Origin: Malacoraja senta
Taxonomy: Eukaryota
Assembly (NCBI GenBank): GCA_038087875.1
Contig: CM075994.1
Span: 8,558,001 to 8,622,000 of the forward strand
Direction: 5' to 3'
Length of the DNA: 64,000 bases
Made by a program: the position numbers and the translations under genes
Shown: one piece after another, positions 25,701-38,161 of the stretch
How the letters are laid out: every line of letters begins with the position of its first letter
Position numbering within the stretch: position 1 is the stretch's first letter
The notes under the pieces: model-generated
What the model was told of the DNA's origin: nothing
Seen by the model: only the letters and a program-made list of their open reading frames with translations
Databases searched by the model: none

Positions 25701-26279
25701 CTGGATCAGAGTAAAGATCAAAACACAAACCGTTATATAAAGAAAGAACTTGCAGTCTCACAGACCCACCCTGTACCTGAAATCCTGTTTGGCCCAGGGT
25801 CGTTTAGTTTAGAGATACAGCACGGAAACAGGCCCTTCAGCCACCGAGTCCGCGCCGACCAGCGATCCCCGCACACTGACACTATCCTACACACACTGGG
25901 GACAATTTACAATTATACCAAGCTAATTAACCTACAAACCTGCACGTCTTTGGAGTACGGGAGGAAACCGAAGATGTCGCAGGTCACCGGGAGAACGCGC
26001 AAACTCCACAAAGACAGCACCCGTAGTCGGGTTAATACAAACCCGGGTAGGGGAAACAAAACCCAGAGGACATAGGATAAGCTGAGGTCACAGCGCCGGA
26101 GACCCGGGTTCGATCCCAACTACGGGTGCTGTCTGTACGGACTTTGCACGTTCTTCCCGTGACCTGCGTGGGTTTTCTCCGAGATCTTCGGTTTCCTCCC
26201 GCACTCCAAAGATGTACAGGTTTGTAGGTTAATTGGCATTGGTGTAATTCATTGTAAACTGTCTCTCGTGTGTCCCTTA

Positions 26280-26812
26280 GTTTAGTTTAGTTTGGTTTGG
26301 TTTAGATTAGTTTATTGTAATGTGTACCGAGGTACAGTGCAAATCTTTTGTTGCGTGCCAACCAGTCAGCGGAAAGACTATACCTGATTACAATTAAGCC
26401 ATCCACAGTGTATAGGTACATGGTAAAAGGAATAACGTGTAGTGCAAGATAAAGTCCAGTAATGTCCGATTAAAGATAGTCCAAAGGTCCCCAATGAGGT
26501 AGATAGCAGTTAAGGACTGCTCTCTGGTTGTGGTAGGATGGTTCAGTTGCCTGATAACAGCTGGGAAGAAACTGTCCCTGTATCTGGAGGTGTGCTTTTT
26601 CACACTTCTGTACCTCTTGTCTGATAGGAGAGGGGGGAAGACGGAGTGGCCGGGGTGAGACTGGTCCTTGATTATGCTGCTGGCCTTGCCGAGGCAGCGT
26701 GAGGTGTAGATGGAGTCGATGGAAGGGAGGTTGGTTTGCGCGATGGTCTGGGCTGCGTCCACAACTATCTGCCATTTCTTGCTGTCGTGGATGGAGCTGT
26801 TCCCAAACGTTT
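26280..26812 (-). mobile_element. Rex1/Babar-type LINE 3' fragment (similar copy at 38400-38797)
   Basis: LPSIDSIYTSRCL.KA.SIIKD.SHPGH..F..L.S.KRYRS....TSR.RDSFFP..IR.LN. Confidence 0.82.
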
Positions 26813-27071
26813 ATCTTTGGGAAATCTTTTGGATGTGGGAGGAAACCGGATGCATCTGGATGAAATCCACGAGTCACAGGGAGAACGTACTAACTCCATA
26901 CACACACACTCCCTGACACCACCCGTGGTCAGGATTGAACCCGGGTCTCTGGCGCTGTGAGGCAGCAGCTCTACCCGCTGCGCCACCGTGCCTCACATGA
27001 AACCATTGCTGCTGTAAATATTACATTCACAAAACAATGTCAACAAATAACCACAGTTCGTGAATAGTTAC

Positions 27072-27094
27072 CTCACAACGATGTCTCTGAAGTC
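27072..27094 (-). CDS. TRIM gene coding exon 4 (23 bp)
   Basis: cttcag|gacttcagagacatcgttgtgag|gtaact (DFRDIVVR); typical 23-bp phase 0-2 micro-exon. Confidence 0.88.
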
Positions 27095-28744
27095 CTGAAG
27101 GAAAGACATAAGAAACATTAATTAATTTTTAGTTTAGTTCAGTTTAGTTTGGAGATACAGCTCGGAAACAGGCCCTTCGGCCCACTGAATACACACCGAC
27201 CAGTGATCCCCGCACACGCACACTAACACCATCCTACACACTGGGGGCAGTTTTCAGAAGCCAATTAACCAATAAACCCCATATTACACATTACCTCCCC
27301 CCTTGACTCTGTCCAGGGACCCCGACAGTCCTTTCAGGTGAGGCAGAGGTTCACTTGCACCTCCTCCAACCTCATCTACTGTATCCATTGTTCAAGATGT
27401 GGACTCTTGTACATCAGCGAGACCAAACATAGACCGGGCGATCGTTTTGCTGAACGCAGTCGCTTAGTCTACCTGAACCTACCTGATCTCCCGGTTGCCA
27501 AATAATTTAATTCACCCTCCCATTCCCACACTGACCTTTCTGTCCTCAGTCTCCTCCATTGTCAGAGTGAGGCTAAACGCAAATTGGAGGAACAGCACCT
27601 CATATTTTGCTTGGGCATCTTACACCCCAGTGGTATGAATATTGATTTCTCTCACATCAGGTAGCCCCGGCATTCACTCCCTCTCTATCCCTCCCCCATC
27701 CAAGTCACACCAGCTTCTCGTTCTCACCCAGCAAACAGCTTACAATGGCGTGTTTCCTTTATCATTCCAGAACCATGAGTCACAGTTTCAGAATAAGGGG
27801 TAGGCCACTTAGGACTGAGATGAGGAAAAACGTTTTCACCCAGAGAGTTGTGAATCTGTGGAATTCTCTGCCACAGAAGGCAGTGGAGGCCAAATCACTG
27901 GATGTTTTCAAGAGTGAGTTAGATTTAGCTCTTAGGGCTAATGGAATCAAGGGATATGGGGAGAAAGCAGGAACGGGGTACTGATTCTGGATGATCAGCC
28001 ATGATCATATTGAATGGCGGTGCGGCTCGAAGGGCTGAATGGCCTACTCCTACACCTATTTTCTATGTTTCTGTTTCTATGTTTCATTATTACTATTTTG
28101 CATCTTTCATTCATTCGTTCTATATCTCTCTACATCACCGTCTATATCTCTCGTCTCCCTCTCCCCTGACTCTGTGTGAAGAAGGGTCTCGACCAGAAAC
28201 GTCACCCATTCTTCTGTCCAGAGATGCTGCATGTCCCGCCGAGTTACTCCAGAGTTTTGTGTCTACCCACAACAATACCCAATATTATTGTAAATAATCG
28301 AATAAATTTAATTTTGTGGAACAAATTAAACAGATAATCAGCGAGTGTTGGGTATCCACGATTCACGATTCGTGGGTCAGATGCATCCCGGAAGGTCGGA
28401 GCCCGCGGTCGATGATCCCTGGGTCTGTGGAGCCTGTGGTTGGAGCCTAGGTCGGCGCCACAGAGGCGTCCGTAGAGGACCCGGCGGCGATAGTGGGGAG
28501 GTCCGTGCCGCTGTCGATGGACAAGAACGGACCACGTGGAAGTGAGGACGCCACTGCTGGGGGAAGGAGCAAAGGAGGACCCGGCATGGAGTGACCGTCG
28601 AGACGGAGGAGGAAGAACAAAGGGGGACCTGGAGCGGGGCTATTTTGTAATTTTGTCAGTGCCCTTTATGTGGCGACTATTTGCATACCACGGGTAGGCA
28701 AGCAAAGAATTTCACTGTGACTTGTCACATGAAACAATAAAGTA

Positions 28745-29198
28745 TTCATTCATACATTCATTCGTTCATTCATCCATTCATTCATCCATTCATTCATCCA
28801 TTCATTCATTCATTCATTCATCCATTCATTCATTCATTCATTCATCCTTTCATTCATTTATACATTCATCCACTCACTTATTCATCCATTCATTTATACG
28901 TTCATCCATCATTCACTCACTCGTTCATTCATTCATTTATACGTTCATCCATCATTCACTCACTCATTCATTCATTCATTCATTTATACATTCATCCATC
29001 ATTCACTCTCAATCATTCACTCATTCATCCATCCATTCATTCACTCACATCCATTCATTCATCCATTAATTAATCAATTAATTCATTCATTCATCCATTC
29101 ATCCATCCATTCACTCACTCATCCATTCATCCATCCATTCACTCACTCATCCATTCATTCGTTCATTCACTCATTCACTCACTCATCCATTCATTCAT
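28745..29198. repeat. (CATT)n/(CATC)n compound microsatellite abutting the TRIM exon 3 donor
   Basis: Direct inspection. Confidence 0.95.
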
Positions 29199-29200
29199 AC

Positions 29201-29431
29201 CTCGGTTGTCCCTGTCTCCGTGGAGCATAGCTTCCTCTGAATGGCGGCCGACATTTCATTGACGGCAGTGACCTCCTCCGAGTTTTGCCTCAGGTTCTCC
29301 TGGATCTGCGCGGAGACGTTCTCCTCCCTCTGCCTCAGCCGGGTGGCCAGGATCAGTTCCTCATCGTCCAGGAAGCGGTGTAGTCTGGCGAACTCGTACT
29401 TGATGCTCATCGTCAACCCCACCACCCGCCT
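29201..29431 (-). CDS. TRIM gene coding exon 3 (coiled-coil, 231 bp)
   Basis: ccgcag|RRVVGLTMSIKYEFARLHRFLDDEE...GTTE|gtatga; typical 231-bp exon with EF.RLH.FL.EEE-like motif. Confidence 0.93.
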
Positions 29432-31204
29432 CTGCGGAGAAAGACAATCGCTCCGCCATCGCGGAAGAGATTAAAGTTTAGTCTCGTAGCTTTGGAGAGA
29501 GAGCGCGGAAACAGGCCCTTCGGCCCACCGAGTCGGCGCTGACCAGATTAAGATGAAGAGAGGCCCTAAGCTGTTCCACTTGTGAGCCCCCCCCCCAATC
29601 CCCCACCCCCAAGACTAGAGGAAGATGGTCCACCAGATTGACACCGATTTGCAGCTGAGCGTGGCCAATGAGATAGGGGCTGGAAATGCGCTTTATTTCT
29701 TTATTTATTTATTTATTGCCAGTGCTAGTGTCGAGTTATTGGCTTAAAACACTATTATTCTGAAATGGAGGGCAAGGAAAATTACTGAAGGGTTGATTAG
29801 AGACTACAGTGCGTTGTGACATCATATGTAAGAAAGGCCTATGACATTGTCAAAAATATTATACACCTTCCAGGGCTCTCACTTATTTTTTTTCTCTGTT
29901 GTCAGCCGGGCAACCTTGGCAGCTTTTTAAGTTGCCAAATGACAGTTTAGGTGGTCATTTAAGACGGCTTGCATGGCGCGTGCGATAATGTGCTTGGACG
30001 AAGTGCCTAGTTACCAGTCGGAATTATGCTCAATGAAGCATTCACATAACATTTGTGCTTCAAATAAAGCCACAAACTAAACATATTCACCAATCAAGAC
30101 ATGATATATACCACAATGACATGCAGCAAAATTATAATAGAGTATCTCAACTCTTTTTACACGTTGCAATGAATGCAATTTCTATTATTTCTTTCCACTT
30201 CCAAACAAAAATGTGGTTGGATTATTCAGCGTATGATCAACCTCGGTGAGACCAAGTGCAGGCTTGGCGATCGCTTCGCACAACACCTCCACTCAGTTCG
30301 CAATAACCAACCTGATCTCCCGGTGGCTCAACACTTCAACTCCCCTTCCCATTCCGAATCCGACCTTTCTGATCTGGGCCTCCTTCATGGCCAGAGTGAG
30401 GCCCACCGCATATTGGAGGAGCAGCACCTCATATTTGCTTGGGTAGTTTACACCCCAGTGGTATGCACATTGGCTTCAGGCAGTCCTTGCTTTCTCCCTC
30501 CTTCCCCTCCCATTCCCAGCTCTCCCACAGCCTACTGTCTCCGCCTCTTCCTTTCTTTTTCATGTCACCCCCCCCCCCCCCCGACATCAATCTGAAGAAG
30601 GGTCTAGACCCGAAATGTCGTCTATTCCTTCGCTCCACAGATGCTGCCTTACCCGCTGATTTTCTCCAGCTTTTTTGACTACCAATGGGATCCCACCACT
30701 GGCCACATCTTCCGATCTCCTCCCCTGTTCGCTTTCCGCAGAGACTGCTCCCTCCGTAATTCCCTGGTCAATTCGTCCCTTCCCACCCAAACCACCCCTC
30801 TCCTGGCACTTTCCCTTGCAACCGCAGGAAATGCTACACTTGTCGCTTTAATTAAGTTCAATACTATGGGGCTGTACATTGGCCATAAAGTTGCTGCCTA
30901 AAAGTCCCAGAGACCCGGAATTGATCCTGAATATGGGTGCTGTCTGTATGGCGTTTGCTCCTTTTCCCTTTGATCACATGGGTTTTCACTGGGTGCTCTT
31001 GTTTCCTTCCACATTCCAAAGGTGTGCAGGAACCTATTTCAGACCCAACCCAAAACGTAATATTTTCCTTTTGTCCAGAGATTCTGTCTGACCTGTTGAG
31101 TTACTCCAGCTTTTTGTGTCTATCTTCCGTTTAAACCAGCATCTGCAGTTCCTTCCTACACACACGATACTATACGATAGAACTTTATTAATCCCAGGAG
31201 GGAA

Positions 31205-31450
<246 letters not shown>

Positions 31451-32798
31451 TTATATAGTTATATATTCATATATAAATATACACCGTTTTGTTTTCTCGT
31501 TTATAACATTGTTTACAGAGTACTATGTTTCCATATTCTGTTGTGCTGCTGCAAGTAAGGATTTCATTGTTCTAACTGGGACGTGAGAGAATGAAACACT
31601 CTTGACTCTTGACTTACTCCGCATGTGTGGGATAGAACAAGTGTACGGGTGATCGGTGGTCGGCGTGGACTCGGTGGGCCGAAGGGCCTGTTTCCACGCT
31701 GTATCTTTAAATAAATCTAAAGACACTAAAATCAGAGGGAGTCTAAAGAAGGGTCTCTACCCGAAACGTCACCCAATTTCTTCTATCCAGAGTTGCTGGC
31801 TGCTCCATGGAGTTCCCCCACACAATTAAAGCATGGAATAGTCTTCACCCTAGCATAGTTACCCAACCAGACGCAACTAAATTTAAGGCACCTCTTTTTC
31901 CCCAAGAACCCTTGTTTGCTTAAGTCCAAGTCAAGAGTCAAGAGAGTTTTATTGTCATGTGTCCCAGATAGGACAATGAAATTCTTGCTTGCTGCAGCAC
32001 AACAGAATATGTAAACATAATACAGAACAGGAGATAAATGTTCAGTGTGTTTATATACCATAGACCAGATATATACACAATAAATAAACAGATAAAATGC
32101 AATAGGCTGTTATTGTTCAGCCCTCCACCACCTCCAGTTTAAATTCCATTTAGAATATTTGTGGAGGACCAGGAAACCAGAAGCAAGAGTTACTCCAGGG
32201 AGTTACTCCTGATCCAGGGTCAGGGAGTGATTCTGCGTTGGTTTTCAGCGGTTGTGGCGAGGCGGCGACCGGACAGCAATGGCGGCCAAATCTCCCACAA
32301 TTCAAAGCGAGGGAGAAAGTGCCCAGCGCCGACCAGTTGCCGTGGCAGTGCGCATGCGCAGGGCGGCCGATGATGTGCTGGCCGTGGTTGTGCGGATGTG
32401 CAGGGGGGGGTGTGCTGGCCGTAGCAGCGCGCATGTGCTGTGCCGGCGGATGAGGAGCGAGCGGAGAGCGGACACCCAGATACGGAGAGTGACAGACAGA
32501 CAAAGAGAGAGATGGAGAGGGGGGCCCGCCAAGATTGGAACGGCAGGTGTCCTTCCTTGGCCGGAGGCCCCCTAGACTTCGAGGCCCTGGGCTTCAACCT
32601 AGAAGCCTAGTGTTAAATCCGGCTCTGCGAGGCCCCCCTAGATCTCGAGGCCCTAAGCTTAAGCTTGTTCAGCTTATACGTAAATCCGGCCTTGCCTACG
32701 ATCCCCGCACGCTACACACTATCCTACACACACTGGGGACACAAAATGCTGGAGTAACTCAGCGGGACAGGCAGCATCTCTGGAGAGAAGGAATGGGT

Positions 32799-32826
32799 GA
32801 CGTTTCGGGTCGAGACCCTTCTTCAG
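32799..32826 (-). ncRNA. Putative minimal hammerhead ribozyme motif, representative of many copies (e.g. 124-151+, 38010-38037+, 38863-38890-, 43435-43462+)
   Basis: CTGAAGA-A-GGGTC TC GACCC-GAAA-CG-TC matches CUGANGA / stem II / GAAA / UH. Confidence 0.65.
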
Positions 32827-33526
32827 ACAGGGGTGAGACAGAGATATGGAAATGGTAAGGTATGATAACGAGAGATAAAAGGGGACGATATTCAAGGAAA
32901 ATTTAGAATATATCATTGTTAGCTTAGGGGAACTTGTGAATTTAAATTTACCAAGCCAATTAACCTACAAACCTGCACGTCTTTGGAGTGTGGGAGGAAA
33001 CCGAAGATCTCAGAGAAAACCCACGCAGGTCACGGGGAGAATGTACAATCTCCGTACAGACAGCATCCGCAGTCGGGGTCGATCATGCTGTAGATTTGGG
33101 AGCAACAGCAGCAGGAGATTAGCAAGAGATACGACTGATTGGCTCTAGCCCGAGTGGGAGGAGAGAAGTGAGTCAGAGGGGGGAAAAACAGTTGAAAAGT
33201 AGAAGCCAAGCACAGGCAGACTTTATTCAGAACTGCTGTAGATTTGGGAGCAACAGCAGCAGGAGATTAGCAAGAGATACGACTGATTGGCTCTAGCCCG
33301 AGTGGGAGGAGAGAAGTGAGTCAGTGCCGGGAAAACAGTTGAAAACTGAGGAATTTTGTTTGTAAAGTGGTAAATCGGTCAATTTAAGCAAGACGGCTCT
33401 TAGCGAGCGGCAGTGAGTGAGCGGCCTTGTGAGGGAAGTGCCCTGTGAGAAAAGTGTGAGTCTTTGGCTCGAGAGTCTTAGGAGAGGAGACCACGCAATA
33501 CGCTTGAGAGGTAGAGACGAAAGAAG

Positions 33527-34453
33527 ATGTCAGGCAAGCTGATTCAGTGCGATGCTTGCAGTATGTGGGAGGTCAAGGACACCGCTGGTGCCTCTGGCTG
33601 CTACAAATGCGAGAAGTGCATCCAGGTAGAGCTCCTGAAGGGCCGTGTTGGGGAACTGGAGAAGCAAGTGGATGACCTCCGGTTCGTCCGAGAAACGGAG
33701 TCGTTCCTCGACAAGTCCTACAGTACGATTGTTACACCTAAGGTACTGGAAGAGAGAAGGTGGGAGACGGTGAGAAAGGGAGGGAAGCATGGAATGCCAA
33801 CGTCCCCGGGTGTTGTACCTCTTGTGAACAGGTTCACCCACTTAGAAGCTGTTGGGACAGAAGACGTGTTTACACTGAGCGGCGGACTGGCTTGCGATGC
33901 GAATAGGGCTGTTGAGCCAAAACCAAAAAGGCCTAAGGCAGGCAACGCCATTGTAGTGGGAGACTCCATTGTGAGAGGTACGGACAGGGGTTTCTGTGGC
34001 AACAGACGGGATGCGAGGATGGTGTGCTGCCTTCCTGGTGCCAGGATCCAGGATGTCACGGACAGAGTGCAGAAAATCCTCAAGGGCGAAGGTGAACATC
34101 CGGAAGTGGTAGTGCATGTCGGCACAAACGATGTCGGAAAGAAGGGGATGAATATTCTGCAGCGTGACTTTAGAGAGCTCGGAAAAATGCTGAAAAGCAG
34201 GACCTCCAGGGTTGTTATCTCCGGTTTGCTTCCAGTTCCTCGTGCTGGCGAGAGCAGGAACAGGGAGATACGGGACCTGAACGTGTGGCTCAGGAACTGG
34301 TGCACGGGGCAGGGATTTAGATTTTTAGATCACTGGGATCTGTTTTGGGGTAAGGGGGAACTGTACAAAAGGGACGGATTGCATCTTAACAGGTGTGGGA
34401 CCAGCATTCTGGCAGGCAGGTTTGCCACTGCTACACGGATGGTTTTAAACTGA
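33527..34453 (+). CDS. CR1 ORF1 (CxxC..CxxC zinc finger, leucine zipper, SGNH esterase domain)
   Basis: CDAC..CEKC, VVGDSIVR, VHVGTND, DGLHLN motifs; uninterrupted 308 aa. Confidence 0.95.
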   Translation: MSGKLIQCDACSMWEVKDTAGASGCYKCEKCIQVELLKGRVGELEKQVDDLRFVRETESFLDKSYSTIVTPKVLEERRWETVRKGGKHGMPTSPGVVPLVNRFTHLEAVGTEDVFTLSGGLACDANRAVEPKPKRPKAGNAIVVGDSIVRGTDRGFCGNRRDARMVCCLPGARIQDVTDRVQKILKGEGEHPEVVVHVGTNDVGKKGMNILQRDFRELGKMLKSRTSRVVISGLLPVPRAGESRNREIRDLNVWLRNWCTGQGFRFLDHWDLFWGKGELYKRDGLHLNRCGTSILAGRFATATRMVLN

Positions 34454-37400
34454 ATAAGGGGGGTGGGGTTTCGAATGGGATAGTGGAGGATGGAGTTAAA
34501 GGGAAAGGGTTTCTTAAATGTGTGAGCGTAGAGACAGAGGAGTGTAAAATGAGGGTAGAAGCAATAGGTAGCAAGGTGAAAAGTAAAAGTGGAAGACAGA
34601 CAAAACCAGGGCAAAAATCAAAAAGGGCCACTTTTCAACATAATTGTATAAGGGGTAAGAATGTTGTAAAAACAAGCCTGAAGGCTTTGTGTCTCAATGC
34701 AAGGAGCATTCGTAATAAGGTGGATGAGTTGAATGTGCAGATAGCTATTAATGACTATGATATAGTTGGGATCACGGAGACATGGCTCCAGGGTGACCAA
34801 GGCTGGGAGCTGAACATCCAGGGATATTCAATATTCAGGAGGGATAGAGAGAAAGGAAAAGGAGGTGGGGTAGCGTTGCTGGTTAGAGAGGAGATTAACG
34901 CAGTGGAAAGGAAAGACATTAGCTTGGAGGATGTGGAATCGGTATGGGTAGAGCTGCGAAACACTAAGGGGCAGAAAACGCTGGTGGGTGTTGTGTACAG
35001 GCCACCTAGCAGTAGTAGTGAAGTTGGGGATGGCATCAAACAGGAAATTAGAAATGCGTGCAACAAAGGCAAAACTGTTATAATGGGTGACTTCAATCTA
35101 CATATAGATTGGGTGAATCAAATTGGCAGGGGTGCTGAGGAAGAGGATTTCTTGGAATGTATGCGGGATAGTTATCTAAATCAACATGTAGAGGAACCAA
35201 CGAGAGAGCAGGCTATTTTAGACTGGGTATTGAGTAATGAGGAAGGGTTAGTTAGCAGTCTTGTTGTACGTGCCCCCTTGGGCAAGAGTGACCATAATAT
35301 GGTTGAGTTCTTCATTAGGATGGAGAGTGACATTGTTAATTCAGAAACAATGGTTCTGAACTTAAAGAAAGGTAACTTTGAGGGTATGAGACATGAATTG
35401 GCCATGATTGACTGGCAATTAATTCTAAAAGGGTTGACGGTGGACATGCAATGGAAGACATTTAAAGACTGCATGGATGAACTACAAAAATTGTTCATCC
35501 CAGTTTGGCAAAAGAATAAATCAGGGAAGGTAGTGCATCCATGGATAACAAGGGAAATCAGGGATGGTATCAAAGCGAAAGATGATGCGTACAAATTAGC
35601 CAGAAAAAGCAGCATACCAGAGGACTGGGAGAAATTCAGAGACCAGCAGAGGAGGACAAAGGGCTTAATTAGGAAAGGAAAAATAGATTATGAAAGAAAA
35701 CTGGCAGGGAACATAAAAACTGACTGCAAAAGTTTTTATAAATATGTAAAAAGAAAGAGATTAGTTAAAACAAATGTAGGTCCCTTGCAGTCAGAAACAG
35801 GTGAGTTGATCATGGGGAACAAGGATATGGCGGACCAATTGAATAACTACTTTGGTTCCGTCTTCACTAAGGAAGACATAAATAATCTGCCGGAAATAGC
35901 AGGGGACCGCGGGTCAAAGGAGTTGGAGGAATTGAGTGAAATCCAGGTTAGTCGGGAAGTGGTGTTGGGTAAATTGAATGGATTAAAGGCCGATAAATCC
36001 CCAGGGCCAGATAGGCTGCATCCCAGAGTACTTAAGGAAGTAGCTCCAGAAATAGTGGATGCATTAGTAATAATCTTTCAAAATTCTTTAGATTCTGGAG
36101 TAGTTCCTGAGGATTGGCGGGTAGCAAACGTAACCCCACTTTTTAAGAAGGGAGGGAGAGAGAAAACGGGGAATTACAGACCAGTTAGTCTAACATCGGT
36201 AGTGGGGAAACTGCTAGAGTCGGTTATTAAAGATGGGATAGCAGCACATTTGGAAAGTGGTGAAATCATTGGACAAAGTCAGCATGGATTTACGAAAGGT
36301 AAATCATGTCTGACGAATCTTATAGAATTTTTCGAGGATGTAACTAGTAGCGTGGATAGGGGAGAACCAGTGGATGTGGTGTATCTGGACTTCCAGAAGG
36401 CTTTCGACAAGGTCCCACATAAGAGATTAGTATACAAACTTAAAGCACATGGCATTGGGGGTTCAGTATTGATGTGGATAGAGAACTGGCTGGCAAACAG
36501 GAAGCAAAGAGTAGGAGTAAACGGGTCCTTTTCACAATGGCAGGCAGTGACTAGTGGGGTACCGCAAGGCTCAGTGCTGGGACCCCAGCTATTTACAATA
36601 TATATTAATGACCTGGATGAGGGAATTGAAGGCAATATCTCCAAGTTTGCGGATGACACTAAGCTGGGGGGCAGTGTTAGCTGTGAGGAGGATGCTAGGA
36701 GACTGCAAGGTGACTTGGATAGGCTGGGTGAGTGGGCAAATGTTTGGCAGATGCAGTATAATGTGGATAAATGTGAAGTTATCCATTTTGGTGGCAAAAA
36801 CAGGAAAGCAGACTATTTTCTAAATGGTGGCCGACTAGGAAAAGGGGAGATGCAGCGAGACCTGGGTGTCATGGTACACCAGTCATTGAAAGTAGGCATG
36901 CAGGTGCAGCAGGCAGTGAAGAAAGCAAATGGTATGTTAGCTTTCATAGCAAAAGGATTTGAGTATAGGAGCAGGGAGGTTCTACTGCAGTTGTACAGGG
37001 TCTTGGTGAGACCACACCTGGAGTATTGCGTACAGTTTTGGTCTCCAAATCTGAGGAAGGACATTATTGCCATAGAGGGAGTGCAGAGAAGGTTCACCAG
37101 ACTGATTCCTGGGATGTCAGGACTGTCTTATGAAGAAAGACTGGATAGACTTGGTTTATACTCACTAGAATTTAGGAGATTGAGAGGGGATCTTATAGAA
37201 ACTTACAAAATTCTTAAGGGGTTGGACAGGCTAGATGCAGGAAGATTGCTCCCGATGTTGGGGAAGTCCAGGACAAGGGGTCACAGCTTAAGGATAAGGG
37301 GGAAATCCTTTAAAACCGAGATGAGAAGAACTTTTTTCACACAGAGAGTGGTGAATCTCTGGAACTCTCTGCCACAGAGGGTAGTCGAGGCCAGTTCATT

Positions 37401-37485
37401 GGCTATATTTAAGAGGGAGCTAGATGTGGCCCTTGTGGCTAAAGGGATCAGAGGGTATGGAGAGAAGGCAGGTGCGGGATACTGA
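34393..37485 (+). CDS. CR1 ORF2 (APE endonuclease plus reverse transcriptase)
   Basis: LNARS, ITETW, VYRPP, MGDFN, SDH (APE); NYRPVSL, LDFQKAFDKV, GVPQGSVLGP, FADD (RT); no internal stops; first in-frame ATG at 34549. Confidence 0.97.
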   Translation: MWDQHSGRQVCHCYTDGFKLNKGGGVSNGIVEDGVKGKGFLKCVSVETEECKMRVEAIGSKVKSKSGRQTKPGQKSKRATFQHNCIRGKNVVKTSLKALCLNARSIRNKVDELNVQIAINDYDIVGITETWLQGDQGWELNIQGYSIFRRDREKGKGGGVALLVREEINAVERKDISLEDVESVWVELRNTKGQKTLVGVVYRPPSSSSEVGDGIKQEIRNACNKGKTVIMGDFNLHIDWVNQIGRGAEEEDFLECMRDSYLNQHVEEPTREQAILDWVLSNEEGLVSSLVVRAPLGKSDHNMVEFFIRMESDIVNSETMVLNLKKGNFEGMRHELAMIDWQLILKGLTVDMQWKTFKDCMDELQKLFIPVWQKNKSGKVVHPWITREIRDGIKAKDDAYKLARKSSIPEDWEKFRDQQRRTKGLIRKGKIDYERKLAGNIKTDCKSFYKYVKRKRLVKTNVGPLQSETGELIMGNKDMADQLNNYFGSVFTKEDINNLPEIAGDRGSKELEELSEIQVSREVVLGKLNGLKADKSPGPDRLHPRVLKEVAPEIVDALVIIFQNSLDSGVVPEDWRVANVTPLFKKGGREKTGNYRPVSLTSVVGKLLESVIKDGIAAHLESGEIIGQSQHGFTKGKSCLTNLIEFFEDVTSSVDRGEPVDVVYLDFQKAFDKVPHKRLVYKLKAHGIGGSVLMWIENWLANRKQRVGVNGSFSQWQAVTSGVPQGSVLGPQLFTIYINDLDEGIEGNISKFADDTKLGGSVSCEEDARRLQGDLDRLGEWANVWQMQYNVDKCEVIHFGGKNRKADYFLNGGRLGKGEMQRDLGVMVHQSLKVGMQVQQAVKKANGMLAFIAKGFEYRSREVLLQLYRVLVRPHLEYCVQFWSPNLRKDIIAIEGVQRRFTRLIPGMSGLSYEERLDRLGLYSLEFRRLRGDLIETYKILKGLDRLDAGRLLPMLGKSRTRGHSLRIRGKSFKTEMRRTFFTQRVVNLWNSLPQRVVEASSLAIFKRELDVALVAKGIRGYGEKAGAGY

Positions 37486-38161
37486 GTTGGATGATCAGCC
37501 ATGATCATATTGAATGGCGGTGCAGGCTCGAAGGGCCGAATGGCCTACTCCTGCACCTAATTTCTATGTTTCTATGTTTCTATGGGTCTCTGGCGCTGCA
37601 AGCGCGGTAAGGCAGCAACTCTACCGCTGCGTCACCTGTCGTTTTCTGGTTTGATCTGTCGTTTTCACACCTTACCATTCCATATCTCTAGTCTCCCTCT
37701 CCCCTGACTCTCAGTCTGAAGAAGGGTGTCCACCCAAAAGGCCACCTATTCCTTCTCTCCAGAGATGCTGCCGGTCCCGCTGAGTTGCTCCAGCATTTTG
37801 TGTCTATTCTCGGTATATAATGTCACAAATGTCACTGTACCAAGTCGATGTGACCATAAGATATGGTCCCCAGCGGTATGAACATTGACTTCTCCAATTT
37901 CAGGTAGTCCTTGCTTTCTCCCTCCTTCCCCTCCTCTTCCCAGCTCTCCCACAGCCCACTGTCTCCGCCTCTTCCTTTCTTCTTCCCGCCCCCCCACCCC
38001 CACATCAGTCTGAAGAAGGGTCTGGACCCGAAACGTCGCCTATTTCCTTCGCTCCATAGATGCTGCCTCACCCGCTGAGTTTCTCCATCATTTTTGTCTA
38101 CCATAAAATATCAATCAATCGATCGAAGCATCTTTGAGCGACCAGTCACCACAACCCTCAC

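Larger units (their letters stand above)
33085..37583 (+). mobile_element. Near full-length, coding-intact CR1 LINE, antisense in TRIM intron 2, inserted into a SINE
   Basis: 5' UTR with tandem monomers, ORF1, ORF2, 3' tail (tttctatg)3; flanking SINE resumes ...gtcggggtcgatc | gggtctctggcgctg... Confidence 0.96.

Noticed and set aside
28722..29069. His/Ser/Phe-rich ORF and similar SLSL, CVCV and HTHT ORFs elsewhere
   Set aside because: Translations of microsatellites
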